A stretch of 64,000 nucleotides of DNA from Narcine bancroftii. Taxonomy: Eukaryota. The stretch spans positions 206,274,001 through 206,338,000 of the forward strand of contig NC_091473.1 in assembly GCF_036971445.1 (NCBI RefSeq). The letters run 5' to 3'. Positions 1 to 14,500 of this stretch are shown here, one piece after another. Numbering within the stretch: the stretch's first letter is position 1; the number at the start of each line of letters is the position of its first letter. Made by a program: the position numbers and the translations under genes. The notes under the pieces were generated by a model. It searched no databases. It was given only the letters and a program-made list of their open reading frames with translations, and had not been told where the DNA came from.

Positions 1-1939
1 GTTGACCAATCAATTCCAGATCAGAGGTGTGCCTTTGAAAAATGAGACAGAACTCTCGCTTTGCATCCCTCCTTTACTCATCCAAGGTTATTCTCTGGTT
101 CCGAGCCCTTGACAATAGGAAGAACTTTCCCTATAAATTTATACCATTACTGTATTGGTAAATTACGACTCAGAATTTTGAAAATCCATTATACCCTGCT
201 TGCCCTATTTTAGAAGTTATTAGCCTTTCAAATTAACATACCGATTTCACATATTTTAACTTAATATTCCTGATTTGTATGAACTTTTCTGTGATAACAC
301 AATATCCGTGCAAGGTACAAGAGTTGTAGCCAAGACTTGCAGTGCAAGATACCTCAAACACAGGTGATGTGTGGTTGGTTGCAATGGTACTGGAAGAACG
401 TGCATATGAATCAACACCACCTACTGGTTTGATGAATGGAGGAGACGGGAAACAATTTTTTCAGGTGACAGTTTTAGACATTTTAGATATACATTTAGCA
501 TCGTATTTTAACAGGCGTTGGCAAATCTTTCTCATTGTCCATGCTGTTATATTATGTGCGCTCATTTCTTTTGGTAGAAAAAAGCAGTATTCATTTGATA
601 GGAGGAGAATTATTGATCTAAACTGTCTAAATTCTGAAACGTATTTCTGCAGTTTCTGTTCATGCTGTTCCGTCTCTCACAGTCTGCAGAAATGACCACG
701 TCGACACCTACCTCTGCTTCGGGGAAGATGCCAACATCCGTAAAGACGCAACCCAAACAGGTCACACTCTTTCAACACCCCCTGTTTGACAGAATATTGA
801 AAGTTGGAATACGCCATTCAGCTTTTCTGGTCAGATATTTGAATGTACCTCTTATCAGGTCAGTGTCAGTGACTTTCTCTGTTTCAACTGAGTTATCTCC
901 TTAGCCTGAAACTTCTATTTTTAATGCATCCATCTTTTCAGTTTGAAGAAAGTGTGACACTTGTCCGCAGCACTTCAGTTTTATTGTTGCATCATACGTA
1001 CTACATAGTGGATGTTAATGTACCTGTACTTCAGAAAAGACAATGCTATTTATTACATATCGACAGAAAGGGAAACGAAATACTCTATGTCATTTTCTGA
1101 CTTAATTTATGTTATCAGCCATTTAAGTGGCAGGAGGATAATATAAATAAAAATGCACCAGAAATCACGCTTGAACTCCTTTTGAATATGTGGCAATCTA
1201 ATTTGAAATTAGTCTGGCATAATATTATAAGAATCAGTTTAATTTCAAGAGATGTTTCAGAAACATCCATCTATTTAAACTCTCTGGAGCGACAAATTAT
1301 CCTTCAGTGAAAATCAAGTATGTTGGAAAAAGGTATTTAATTTAATTTGGCTTCCTACTCCGTGCTATTTTATGTGCTACGTTCTCGAATGCACAGTGCT
1401 TAAATCCGAACAGTGAAGAATCCAAGTATCAAGCGAATAAACACACCATTAAATGGTCGATAGCGTGATTCACTGGTAAGCTTACATTATTAACATGATC
1501 CTAGCATTATATCATGAACATTATTAGAGACACGATCAAGCCCGGTGAAAATAAATTGGCCATATTTGATTTAACGAGCATGTTCGCCAATCATAAGGAG
1601 TGAAATAATAAATCTCATGAGGCCAGTTCGGCTGAATATAAGGGCAACGTCATTTGTAAAATCAATAACAAAAATTAGAATAAACCGAAAAATAAAGGCT
1701 GAAAGCATGACAAGGATATTTAAATCGATTAACGGAGCTGCTGTTTCTAAATGGAAAACTTCCATCGAAAGAGTGAAAAATGTGTTTGCAGCGGAACATG
1801 ATATATGGACTATCCACTTAAAAAGCGCCAGTGTGAGATGAATAATGACCGGGCCAACTATTCTAAGGTCTATTTAGTAATAAACGGCGGATTAACGTAA
1901 ATAATGCGAAACGTGCAAAAATAAAGGATGAGCCATTGG

Positions 1940-2715
1940 CATGCTATTCCATATAGTTATGCTGGTCACATCTGCCATGTTTTCAACCACAGGGCCTCAG
2001 TGGGGAAAGAGAACAGCGAGCGAGAGGCCTGAGTGTGTTTGGGGATGAGTATGATAAAAGTGCGCCTTCAGATAAATTGTGCGAAGAGATTCTTAGCATC
2101 TTTGCTACTTAGACCAACATGCATCTTGGTGACATGTTAACTTTTGCATATTACTATCGGCCTTATTACGCCTATTATAGGGATAAGTGAACAGCTTGAT
2201 GCAAAAGAGAACATGAAACGAAAACATTTATTTTCAGGTTCATGTGTTGGTCAATTATATGCCATTCCCGTACAGTACCATTTCCCCGTTCTTCGTGGCA
2301 ATTATTAGGTTTTTATATTATTACAGTTATTGAAGAAAAGCACACAATATATTTCCTCAATGCGATTCAAAGTTCATGTATCGCGTGCTGAAATACTGAA
2401 GAGTTCAGAGGATGAGAACTGAGCCCTTACCATCTCGATGTTTTAGCACAACATTGAAAGGTGGGAGTGAACCAAAGTTTGCATTTGTTTATGCTGCTGT
2501 CAGTTGAATGGCACGCCGGATGATGGGCTTCGGTAGGTCTTTACAATCGCAAGAGAGAAACGACTTCTACGGTTATGACTTATTTTTGATGATATTTTAT
2601 TTAGATTATTTAAAGCCAAACATGCAATTAACAGGAAAAAAAACATAATATCTCAAATACAGAAAAGAGCGAATTATCTTAATACATAATTACTATAATC
2701 CCTCATCCTACACTG
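1940..2715 (+). repeat. Segmental duplicate of 23320-24096; part of the family A downstream flank
   Basis: Long near-identical blocks (for example CATGCTATTCCATATAGTTA and CTTAGCATCTTTGCTACTTAGAC), including the same L1 3' junction. Confidence 0.88.
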
Positions 2716-4510
2716 CCCCACTCTCACCAAGAAAGGGAAAGAGAGAAGTAGTAAAGAAATAAGAAATTTCGCTTAAAAATAAAGAAAATAAAAGTAAAAT
2801 AAAGATAAAGAAGTAAGAAATTAAAGAAAGCATAATTGTCGGGAATCTGTAGTTTACTCCACAGACTTCAAATTTTCAAGACTTACCTAGGTCTCTAGGG
2901 GACATGAACGCAGGTCATGTGGGCGATCGAGGATGGGGACGGCCGAGGGGTGAGCACAGCTAAAGATTGACACCCATCATTTGTATATATGGCTGTCACA
3001 CATTTAAAAAAATACAACCCATATTATTTCGTAGGTTATAGGCAATATTCTCAAGGAAAGGACAACTGTGCATTTCCGTATTATAACGAATGATACCTCC
3101 ATGGGCATCAAACTTCGAAGTTACCACTATATATTTCCTGGCCACTGGCAAAGCATCTTGACAAATTGTATTTGATATTGGAACAGCCTCATTTTACGTC
3201 TTACTCCCACAATTTTCTCAATTAAAACAGTTCTGGATATTGTGAAATTTGAACCCCAATAATTTTCTCTTGGAAACTCCCTTGACCCACCCAGAATGGT
3301 CTCACCTTGGGGCATGACCAGATTGAATGTAAAAGGGTTCCTATCTCCTCGCCTCATCTCAAAATTTGGTCCAAAAAATCTGATTGTAATTTATTTAATT
3401 GATTTCGGCGTAAGATATAACTGGTGCAAAAAAAAATATTTTGCAGCCGTCTGAATATTACATAATGACCGATATAAATCGGACCATTTTTATTCACGAA
3501 TTCTTATATTTAAATCTAAACTTATGTATACCCCCCACCCCCACCCCCACCCCCACGTTAAGGAGTTCCTATTTGACGTAAGAGATACATTGCTGAGGTA
3601 AATTTATGTTTTCCTTTTGGATCAGAAAACTCTCATCACTGTACCTTGGTAGAATCAATGTTGGGCCCAATTTGTGGATTAGAATATTTGGTTAACGTCA
3701 TTGTTGATTATTATAACAATTAAATATACGACGCAGATGGCCAGTGGTCACATATTTACTTATTTGAAACTATGTTTACTAATCAAAATCAGAAAAGGTG
3801 TGTATATTTCTCATCCTTCATTTGGTTCCAAGTGTAACAACAATGTAAATTTTGCCTTTGTTATTCACTCACTGGACACAGACACAAATTATTCCATTGC
3901 CAATTTGCCTGTTTGAATGAATGTAGGTACTTCCAGCTTCGGCCCAACTGAAAATCTGTGAAATGGGAAAGAAACACGCTTTGAGTGGATTGGTTAAATT
4001 GAGGAACAAATGAGACATACGTAGATTTGAAGAAATGCTTAACAAGAATAAATTGGGTTTGGTGTGGTTGGAGAGGTAGATAACTTTGTGCTGAGCGGAT
4101 TAGAAATTGTCAGGAATATTGTACACACCGGAATTTACAGCACATTTTGTACATTCGATTAAAGACTATTTTTGTATCAGGTCGATTTTCTCAAATTCAT
4201 CCTTGGCAACAGGCAAAACTATGTCTTCTTATTTGCTTTTTATATCAGTCACTTTTTACACTGGCATGTTCATAGCATTTCCAATACTGAACTTTTTTTG
4301 TCTGTTGCAGCGAAGGATATTTAAGAAGTGAATAACATGCATGAATGCAATATTTTAAACGGAAAGACATTGAAAAAATGATCGTGTATACAGCTCTTTT
4401 CCGAATGATGTTTGAAAGTCTGAGGGGCATACACAGGTTAATTTAGAACAGAATACTGTAATCAAGTGGGAATTGTATCACTCTATGATTGTCCATATCC
4501 TGTTGAACCC
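2580..4510 (-). mobile_element. Degraded L1/Tx1-clade LINE, 3' part of ORF2 plus 3' UTR
   Basis: The minus-strand translation resembles the L1 ORF2 C-terminus (…IEKIVGVRRKMRLFQYQIQFVK…). There is a T-rich 3' end near 2580. It abuts the intron of the V pseudogene at 4723. Confidence 0.75.
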
Positions 4511-4722
4511 TATAATCCAAAAGATGAAGAAGAAAAAGGTTCGATATTCATGGAAGGAATATTCATGAAATCGACTTTCCGATATTCTGCCACTTTACTT
4601 TTGAACGTCAATTAATTTCTTTTGTTTTTAATCTTAGATTAATGACAGGGATAGTGGCAGTTCTGACAAATGTGCGCTGTGGGGTGATATTTTTGATTCA
4701 TGTTTTCCTCGGAATATTTCAG

Positions 4723-5031
4723 GACATTGTCGATGGGACGCCATTGCTCAAACACTGCGACCACAGCGACTGAAGGAGACGATGCGAGGTTGAACTATAA
4801 CTATACAGTGACATGTGCAAGTGCTCCTGGATTAATATGGTACCGTTTGTATCCTCGATGATCACAGGGCCTTTTGCAGGTTAGAACTCAAAGTGATAGC
4901 GAGAGGAAGAAAATTCCCAAGGGAATGATTCCGCTAACCATATATAAAACGGAGCTGGGAGACGTGTCCATATTTTATTATGCTCTCAATCCCACATTGG
5001 GACGGAACTGAGTTGACACTATTCATAAACT
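4723..5031 (+). pseudogene. TCR V pseudogene, family A (paralog of the intact V), with 23-RSS and no leader
   Basis: It has the same TTTCAG|GACATTGTCGA start as 47075 and reads …TEGDDARLNYNYTVTCASAPGLIWYRLYPR*…KIP/KGMIPLTIYKTELGDVSIFYYALN. Lesions are a frameshift in FR1, a TGA stop, both Cys changed to Tyr and a 33-bp FR3 deletion. The RSS is CACATTG (4993-99)-23-TCATAAACT (5023-31), with 18/23 spacer identity to the intact gene. Confidence 0.9.
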
Positions 5032-6547
5032 AGCAGATCATCTCGTCGTGCATCAACGCATAAACGGCGCTTTTGAAAATTCTTTGCAGTTCCGTTCAAT
5101 GTGTCAGAAACCGAATGGATGAGAAAAAAAATCATCTTTATCAGATTACAGATGCTGTTTATTGCCAAGTCATAAAACAGAAATGGAATATCACTCGAAA
5201 TTGTCTTTAGTCTGCCATATGTTAAACAAAAATTAGGTCATTAGCAATGGCATTTCCCGGGCCCTGACAGTGAGTGCAAGGGATGTGAACGAAAGTCCCT
5301 TCCAAGGTCACCATAACTCCAGCCCAGTTGAAACCATAGGAAATGAGAGTACAGAACCAAACGTCCACCATGAAGAGGATGCCCTCAGAGCATTCGACGT
5401 TTTTGGATCTCTCCTTGCCCTCAGCGTCACCTTGAATCCTCGTTCAGGTACCAACTTTCCCCAAGTCCTTCTCCAGCAGCCGCCAGCCAGGTATGAGTCA
5501 TTTCACCCCAAGTCGCCAGTAGACCTCAGTTTGTGTGTATTCGTTGCCCGAATGTCTCCATCACGACATGCATGTGTTCTTCAGCTGAAGAGGGCATCAC
5601 TGATCTGTCAACCCTGCTTCTCAATCTGAAAAGGGATATCTTCCCTCTTATTTCTTCCCTGTGCCATTCCGATGCTCCCCGTTATCTGAAAACCTCGTGC
5701 CCGATGTCGACAACAGCCGTCGATTCCTTAGACCCCGACTACATGGTTGCAAGATTTAAAAATATAACACAATGAAAGCATTTATCAGGCTCTTTAAAGC
5801 CTTCATAGAAACGCCGCAGTCGATCTGGGTGGTATTACCCCGTGCGATTGCTGGGACTTCGTTCCACGCTGGTCTGCCCCAGTGGCAGCACTGTCATTAC
5901 ACAAACCCCGGAAGTGCCACATTAACTTCTAAATCCGCACCCATAGATATTTGAGGAGCTTATTCCAAATCTCAGAGGTGCGTTTGAATAATGGGAGTGA
6001 TCTCCATATTCGCCTCCCCCTTTTCTCATCCGAAGTTATATCCTGGTTCCTAGCCCTTGACATTTGGAATAATTTCGTTATAATTAAACCAATTATAGTA
6101 TTGGTAAAATACGGCTCAATAATTAGAAAAAAAATATCAATCTACCAGTCTTGGCCTATGTCATCAATTTTTTTGCCTTTGAAATTTACATCTCCCTTCA
6201 CCTGTTGAAATTACTGTAACTGCAACCTTATCGTGCAGTGAATGACACGGCAAACATCTGTGAAGAATGATTGGTTGTAATGGCACCAGAAGGATGTGCA
6301 TTTCACTCCTTATTATATCATCATTCGGTGCATATTGTGGACAGCGAGTGAATTTTTCAGGGTAGAGATTCGCTTCTCCTGTCAAAGTCGCAACAGTCCC
6401 ATCCCACTTTGAAAACCAAATCCTGTTCACAAACCGTGCACTCCTTACTCTCTGAAGTCCAGATCTCACTACCATGGGAAACAAAGATATGTTATGCAGT
6501 GTAAATAACAATTACTAATTGCGTTCAAAATATTGTGAAACATAAAA

Positions 6548-6930
6548 TGTTCACAATCACTACTATGGAGACGAAATCTTGGAGACCAGGTTCATCTTTA
6601 TTTCAAGCCTGCAAAGTCTGGTGACCCTGGTCTGGAGACACACCGGAGGTTCAGAATCATCACTCCTTTGTACAATCCCGCACTCTACATAACCACACCT
6701 TTATTTACTCTCTTCCAATCAGAATTTCAATACATTACAACCTTCTCCTTTTCCCTTCCATCACTGCAGATACCACACTGTCCCTCCCACATCATACATC
6801 TCATGTTATGCTAATTAGTCCATCCCCTCCTTTAGGGCATCTAAGTTCATATTCATGTCTTTATTGAGCAAGCGCTGTAGTGGCCATGGGTGCCTTAGGT
6901 CACCATGCCAGTCTGAACCAGATTCCTGCA
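6548..6930. mobile_element. LTR-like repeat, copy 1 of an inverted pair
   Basis: Begins TGTTCACAATCACTAC and is reverse-complement homologous to 11178-11548 over about 380 bp. Confidence 0.6.
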
Positions 6931-9564
6931 TCATTGAGATTTATGATAAGAAGGAACCCACTAGCTAGTACGATCTACTCTCAAGCTCTAATCCGCATAC
7001 TTTGCTTTCCATCACTTGTCATAGAATGGTGAAAGTTTAATCACTTTCAGCCATGTTTCACCATATCATGTATAGAAAATATATGAAAACATAAATATGC
7101 AACGGAAATACTGGGCCCATCTTACATGAGCAATTGAGTCACAGAATATTGCGTGTGTTAACAGATACACTGAATGTAATGTACACAGAAGTTGAACGGT
7201 GTTACAAAGCAATGACGACCTATTTAACAATTAGGCATGGATAGCGAAATGGTGTTTCAGTCAGTTAAGCCCACTTCTCTTGCGAACTTCCATGTAAACG
7301 TCCTCAAATATAAACACAAATGATTCGCAGTAATAGCGTAATTAACTCGAGATCCGTTTAGCCGTCATGCCACGATGTTTCACTTAATTCAGAATCGTCC
7401 TTTTTGATATTAAGCTATTATGTATTGGACCAGTTACGGTAAATTTAAATTAAGGGATTCTCAATTAACCCGCTCCATGATTCTCTTCATGTATCACGCA
7501 CTGTCGCATTGGCATATACCGCTAATATCTCCGTGAAGTTCTGTAGTCAGTACCCCTTTGAACGTTATTTATGTAATTTAACTAAATTCTGAATCCTCTT
7601 CTTGCCGTCTCATTCATGCTATGCCATATTTCACGGTCTTCACGGTCTTTACATTCGGCAAGTTCTACACCCACCTCTATTTCGGGGAAAGGGTAAACAT
7701 CTGTAAAGATCAATTCCCAACCTGCCACGCTCTTTCTTCCCCCCACCACCATGCAACAGAAGATAATCGAGATTGAAAACAGGAATACACTGCTCACCTT
7801 CGCTAGTCAGCTTCGTTTGTCTTCTCAGGCTCTCGAATAGACCTCTTCACTGGTCAACTACGATGGCTTGCTCTACGTTTTCTGCATTTGCCTCCAGTGT
7901 CTGCGACCTTTATTTGTAAAATCGCACTATTTGTATATTGAACAAAATGTCAAACTATATACAGCACTTACATTTTATTATTGCAGGACATTTAATACAC
8001 AATATTTTTGATTTGACTGGATCTAAGCCAAAGAAATCCATTCAACGTGCATCGGCATACATGGAAACGAAAAAAAAAACAGTCTTTTGTGTTCATTTCA
8101 TTTCTCAACTAATTGAATACTAGGAGGATAATATCCATACAATTGCACCTGGGAACCATGCTTGAACAGTATTGGTATTTGTGGCCATCTGATTTGAAAT
8201 GAGGCTGGGCCTAATTTCACAAGGAACCATTGAATTGCAATACCTGCCTCAGAATCTTATATTTATCCAATGCAGCAAACGTAGATACATGACTCATATG
8301 CTGAAAATATTTATTTATTTTAATTTGGCTATTCGTTGGTGGAGTCATCTTGGGCAGCAGTGTCTGATCTGACCCATGTTCTTTTCTGTGCAATGTTCTC
8401 CAATACACGATGCTTAAATCGGAACCATGTACGCCATATTTAATAGTCAACGGTGTCATTCATTGGTACAAATGTGTTATAAGTGTTATATCATTAACAA
8501 TATGCGACGCACGATAATCCCCGGTATAATCAAATTGGGCAAGTTTAATTTCATTACTTAATTTAATTTAATTATTCACCGATAATAACCCGTGATATGT
8601 GTTTTGCAATGAGGCGAGTGATATTGAATATAACATGAACATTGGAAACGTTAACGCTATGTGTAAAGCGTATAATTTAAATTCAAAAGCTGAATAATTA
8701 CTGGAAATAGCAGGAAAATAAAGGCTGAAATTACTGACCAGGAGATTAAATACTACAAATGTGAGTGGAATTTCTGGTCGACAATCCTTCTTCAAAAGAC
8801 TGAAGTATTAGGTATTTTATATGCATTGAATCCATCTAGCATAAAAGCGCCAGTGTAAGGTAAGGCGTTACGGAGACAAATATTAAAAGATCTGTTTAAT
8901 AATAAACGGCGGATTAACCGAAATAATGTACAATGTACGAAATAATTAGAGACTAATCGATGAGCCATCGGATTGGTGATCAATATCTTTGATATGCTAC
9001 TTTCTCTGACTTCTGGACAGTAGGGCATCGGCGGACAATGGAGCAGATTAAGAAAAAGTTGAGTGTGCTTGCGGATGAACATGCGACTGCATCAGCCACT
9101 TGCGATATATTATGCAAGCCCACTCTCATCATCTTTGCTGCTTAAACTCTCGATCATCGTCGTGACACTATGTAATATGCCTGGGCCTATCACGACAGTT
9201 TTAATCACAAATGAATAACTTGACCCAACAGTGGTCACGAATGGAACCATTGATATTCTGTTTTATAATGGTTGGTCAATTATATACCATTTAAAAGAGT
9301 TATATATATTTTTTAAAATTTCACCCATTGAATGTCAATTCAGTATATCGACCCAGTGATTTTCCTTTTATATTCTTACAGTTATTGAATTAAAACACGC
9401 AAAAACCTTCTAAATATGACTCATAATTCACAATCACTGATTATTAATCTATTGCCATATTATTTCCTTAATGATACGTTTCCACCTTTTGAAATACTGA
9501 AGAGTTCAGAGAATGTGAGTTGAAATCTTGTCTTCACGTTTCTTTTCCAGATCACCGAATGATT

Positions 9565-9730
9565 ACCATATATATAACCATATATAACCACTTACAGCAC
9601 AGAACAGGCCAGTTCGGCCCTACTACTCCATGTCATAACAAATCCCCACCTTCCTAGTCCCACTGACCACCACCCGGTCCATACCCCTCCAGTCCTCTCC
9701 TCTCTATGTAAATATCCAGTCCTTCCTTGC
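9565..9730 (-). mobile_element. Short 3' end of a CR1-like LINE
   Basis: Has a TAACCATA-type tail followed by ACAGCACAGAACAGGCCAG, matching 29636-29810. Confidence 0.75.
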
Positions 9731-11177
9731 TGAGACGATTTAAAGCCTGGACTCTTAAATGCCTGTTTCTATGAAAAACTGTCCTTTTTTAAAGATTTTC
9801 TGTTACTTATCAATGTTCGTTTTTGATTGATGTTTTGTTCTATCCTGGGTTCGTTTCTCGATCATGGTACTAATCATTTCTCCAAGTGCTACACCTATCT
9901 TCTTGTCACCGGCTTGTTTCCGAATAAATCACTCACCACTATGTTTCCCCCAACACTGTCCTGTCTAACTTCTACTATCTGATCTACTGTTACTCCACTG
10001 ATCTCATCTTCTTTGCTTATACTCCTGGTGCTTGTAACTACTATTATTTTTTAGATTTGTATGTATGACCGTCATGTTTTCTCTCTGGACTTATGTTTTA
10101 AAGTTAGCTGTTTTGTGCAACCTTGGGGATGAAATTATTTTCACTCTTTGTGTTTTAAAGTTAGCAGGCTTAGGAGTCAGCAAATTCTACTCATACTATA
10201 ATCAGCCAACCTTTCTACATTCTGTGTCTGATACCTAATTACATTCATATTTTTCATATATAGTGCAGTTAAAGCATACAATAAATTGTTACATAGTAAT
10301 TGATTTCATACTAATGGATTAATGAAAACAATAAATGTTTTCATTATGTTGTACATAATAGTACATTGGTATATTCTCCCTATCTCTCACCCCCTTTCAT
10401 TTTTCCATTCTCTCCTTTCACAGAGCCAAAATCAATTCTCACCTTTACTCTTATCAAATCCCATTTTCATATTTTCTTTTTTTTTGTCTGTACTCTTCTT
10501 CCTCCCCTCCCATCTTCGTCATTACTTTCCCCAACTTATAATTTCGCATGTGGTTTTCCCTTATACCGTGAGGAAGTGCTCAGGCCCAGAACGTCGTAAA
10601 TATATTTTACCTCATTTGGCCGTTGCTAGACCTGCTGCGTTCCATCGAATTTCTGTGTTATGGAAAAGGTGATGATGCACAGGAATGCCACATTCGTCAT
10701 GTGGTCCCATTCTGATAACGACACACAACAAGAAAAGTCACTCCAACTTCACAGATGCGTCTTGGATACAATAGCTACGCATGAGCACAACGAAGAAATT
10801 TATATACCAATTATGGGTTTTCTCAAAATCCATTAATACCGTTTATTCATAATTTACAAGATACAAGAGTTAAGAAGTTTCCGGGAAATCACTTGAATGC
10901 CAATTTGTTGCAGTTCCTCGCAAAAATCTCAGTAAAGGATTACAGGAACTTTGCTTTGTCATTATAGGGCGACACGATAAGGGCTGGAGGGGGAGGGCGA
11001 TGTAGTTTAATCAGAAACACATAGTCAAGAAAAAAAGGGAGGATTGTGAAATATGGATGAAAATAATTAAACTCGCACCATTCTGTGAAAAGTAATGGAA
11101 TTAAAAGTATGCAGATAAACGCTTGAGTGTAGATAGTACTTGCTAGTGGGCCACTTCTTATCAGAAGCACTAAGAAG

Positions 11178-11548
11178 GCAAGGATCTGGTTCAGGCTGGT
11201 ACAGTGACATAAGATAGTTTATTGCTAGTACTGCATTTGCCTAATAGTGACATGAATATTAACTTAGACGCCCCTAAGGAGGGAATGAAATAATTAAAAT
11301 AACATGCGATGTATGAAGAGGGAGGAACTGAGTGATACCTTGATTGATGGAAGGGAGAAGGGTAATGTTATAATGTATTGGGATTCTGAATGGAAGAAGG
11401 TGGGGTGATGTGAGCGCGGGTATGTACAAAACAGTGATGATTCTGAACCTCCGGTGTGTCTCCAGACCAGAGGCACCAAATCTGCAGACTCGAAATAAAG
11501 CTGAACCTGTTCTCCAAGTCATTGTCTCCAGAGTAGTGATTGTGAACA
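11178..11548. mobile_element. LTR-like repeat, copy 2 (opposite orientation)
   Basis: Ends GTAGTGATTGTGAACA and contains AATAAA at about 11493. It shares blocks such as GGTCTGGAGACACACCGGAGGTTCAGAATCATCACT with 6548-6930. Confidence 0.6.
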
Positions 11549-11549
11549 C

Positions 11550-14500
11550 TTTATATTTCACACGAGACACCAATGTGATAGAGAAGTTGAAATTTAAATG
11601 NNNNNNNNNNNNNNNNNNNNNNNNNNNNNNNNNNNNNNNNNNNNNNNNNNNNNNNNNNNNNNNNNNNNNNNNNNNNNNNNNNNNNNNNNNNNNNNNNNNN
11701 NNNNNNNNNNNNNNNNNNNNNNNNNNNNNNNNNNNNNNNNNNNNNNNNNNNNNNNNNNNNNNNNNNNNNACCATTAAATTCGAAGGCACGTGGAGTAGGA
11801 ATATTAATTAAAAAAACATTACTGATAAAAATTGTAAATACTATAATGGATTCTGGAGGAAGAAATATTTTGATAAATTGTCAAATTTATTTTGACATGT
11901 GGACACATAGTATTTTGCACCAAATGTGAATTATGAAGAATTTATAAAGGATACGTTTATTATTTTCGGCTCAAGCACAGGAAAATGTGATTTTTCCTTG
12001 TGGACCTGTTCAATTATTGGATAAATCAATTAAAACAATAAGGAGAGCTAAAGCGGCTAAGGCTAATAGATGTTTAATGAAGCAATTAAATTTAGTTGAA
12101 ATATTGCGAAAGATGAATCCTAAAGAGGGAGATTATGCTTATTTATGTCATAGCCATAATTGTATTCGATAATAGTATTTTTTAATATTAGAACAGTTGC
12201 GAGAATGAAGTAATAATGTTGAATATAAGGCTAGATTATTGTCTGATCTGTCTCCACTTTTATTGACGTTCAATTCTTGAGGTAACAGGTGTGCTGTATA
12301 GATAATTGTTTAATATTGCATTATTAAAATGAGTGCATTTTTGTTATTTTATAAGAAAATAAATTCAATTATTTTTTGAAATGAATTCTAATTCAGTAAA
12401 CAATAAATGTATTATTTAGCATGCATCGAAAGCATTGTTCAGATGACAAATAATGCTATTCGAATAAAATTAAAAAGGAACATATAAAAGAACCAAATCA
12501 ATTAAAACAACAGAGAGGTAAATTAGAAAATAAATGTACAAAATAATTCTTATGAAGTAAAGAAAAAATAATTAATAAATATAAAATTTCCAATATTATT
12601 CCTACATACAGAAGTGGAATATTATTTCTTAGCACCGAACAGAGAAATTACGAATTATGTTAAAGGGTTCATAAACGTTAAACATTGCAATAGAAAGCAG
12701 AACAGACATCTAGAGTGATTAATGCAGTTAAGAAAATTCGGGACTTATTACATGTAGACCACAAGAAATACATTATGTATTGAAGGAGTTTGATTCTGAA
12801 TTATAACAATCGGGATAATTGCATAATGAAAATAATATTAATGGCTTTTTAGAAGAAATAACGTTGCCTCGTTTAAATAATCAAGAACAAAATGATTTGA
12901 CTTTAGTATTGTGTTCATTACAAAATAATTAATCGTTCGTTGAAGATGGATCTGCTGTGGAATTTTACAAAAAAATTATGGATCTTCTAATGAGTCAATT
13001 TAAGAAGGTGGTAACTGAAGCAATATAGGTACATTCTCTACCAGAATCCTTTTAAACTGAAATTATTACAGTAACTCCAAAGAAAGATAGAGATTTAATG
13101 AGATTAATTTCATTATTAAATATTTATTATAAAATAATAGATAAAATGTTAGGAAATAAATTTGCAAAATATTTATCGAAGTTAAGACGCATAGATCAAA
13201 ATTGATTTCATGATCAGAAATTTGTACATAATTTGTTTGATTATTTTAATAACAAAGATTGATTTGTTTAATACATTTAGTTGAAATGATAGGAAATCTG
13301 AGTGTGGCAGTGCTTTAAATGCTGGGAATGAATTTGATAAATTAGAATGATATTTTCTCTTTAAAGGTTTGGAGAAATGTTAATTAGAATAAATGTCTAT
13401 AAATTAGGCTAAAATGCTATATAAGTAACCTAGTGCGAAGGTAGTGACTAATGGTCAGATTTTAACATATTTTCATTTAATTAGATCAAGTCGGGAAGGT
13501 TGTCCACTGTCACCAGCTTTATTTGTTTTAGCAATAGAATATTAGGCTGAATTAATAAGTCAGGATTCTAAGATTGTGGGTATTAATATAGATCAGGAAT
13601 AACTTTAAAATAAATTTATTTTCAAATGATGTTTTGATTTATTGAACAGATCCTTTCAATTCTTTACAACAACCTCAATTCAGAATAAAATAAAAGAGAG
13701 AAATATCTGGTGATAAAGTTAATCGGGATAAAAGTGGAATTATGCCTTTAGAGTTTGGGACTGTGCAAAATGAAACACACTAATTGAATTTAGATGGACA
13801 GATGTTGGAATAGAATATTTAGGTATTCGTGCACAACCAGATTTAACAAAGTTACTTAATTTGTATTATCTGTCCTTATTAAGTAAAATTAATGAGGATT
13901 TGATTACATGGAATATGTTATTTATCACTTAAAAAGTTAGAGTAAATTGTGTTAATATTAATGTTTTTCCCTCGAATATATTATTTATTTCAATCAATTC
14001 CAATTGAAATACCTCAAAACAAATGTAAGGAATTAATCGTCTGTTTAATAATGTTTCCACGGAAGAGAAAAATAGCAACAGTTCCTTTGTTAAATGTAAC
14101 GTGGAAATATGATTTAGCAGGTTTACAGTTCCCCAGTTTTATGAATTATTATAAATCTTCCCAATTGATATTTATTAATGTAATGTATGATTTCAATAAA
14201 ATTCCAGCATGGGTGAATATAGAAATGAATTACATTGGGGAAACAAATCCTCAAGAATTCATTTATAAATGGAATGCAAGATTCTTAATAGCGAATAGAG
14301 AAACGTCATACTGAAACATTTAATTAAGCTTTGGAATAAAGTTGATGAGGAGATTGGAGGAGAATACTTAATTTCACAAAGAGCACCGGCATTTCATAAT
14401 AAATGTACTCCACTCACTATGGGAAATCAATTTTCAAAGATTTGGAAATTATGGCTTTGAGAAAATTGAAGGTTGTTTTGAAGCTGGGATATTTATTACT

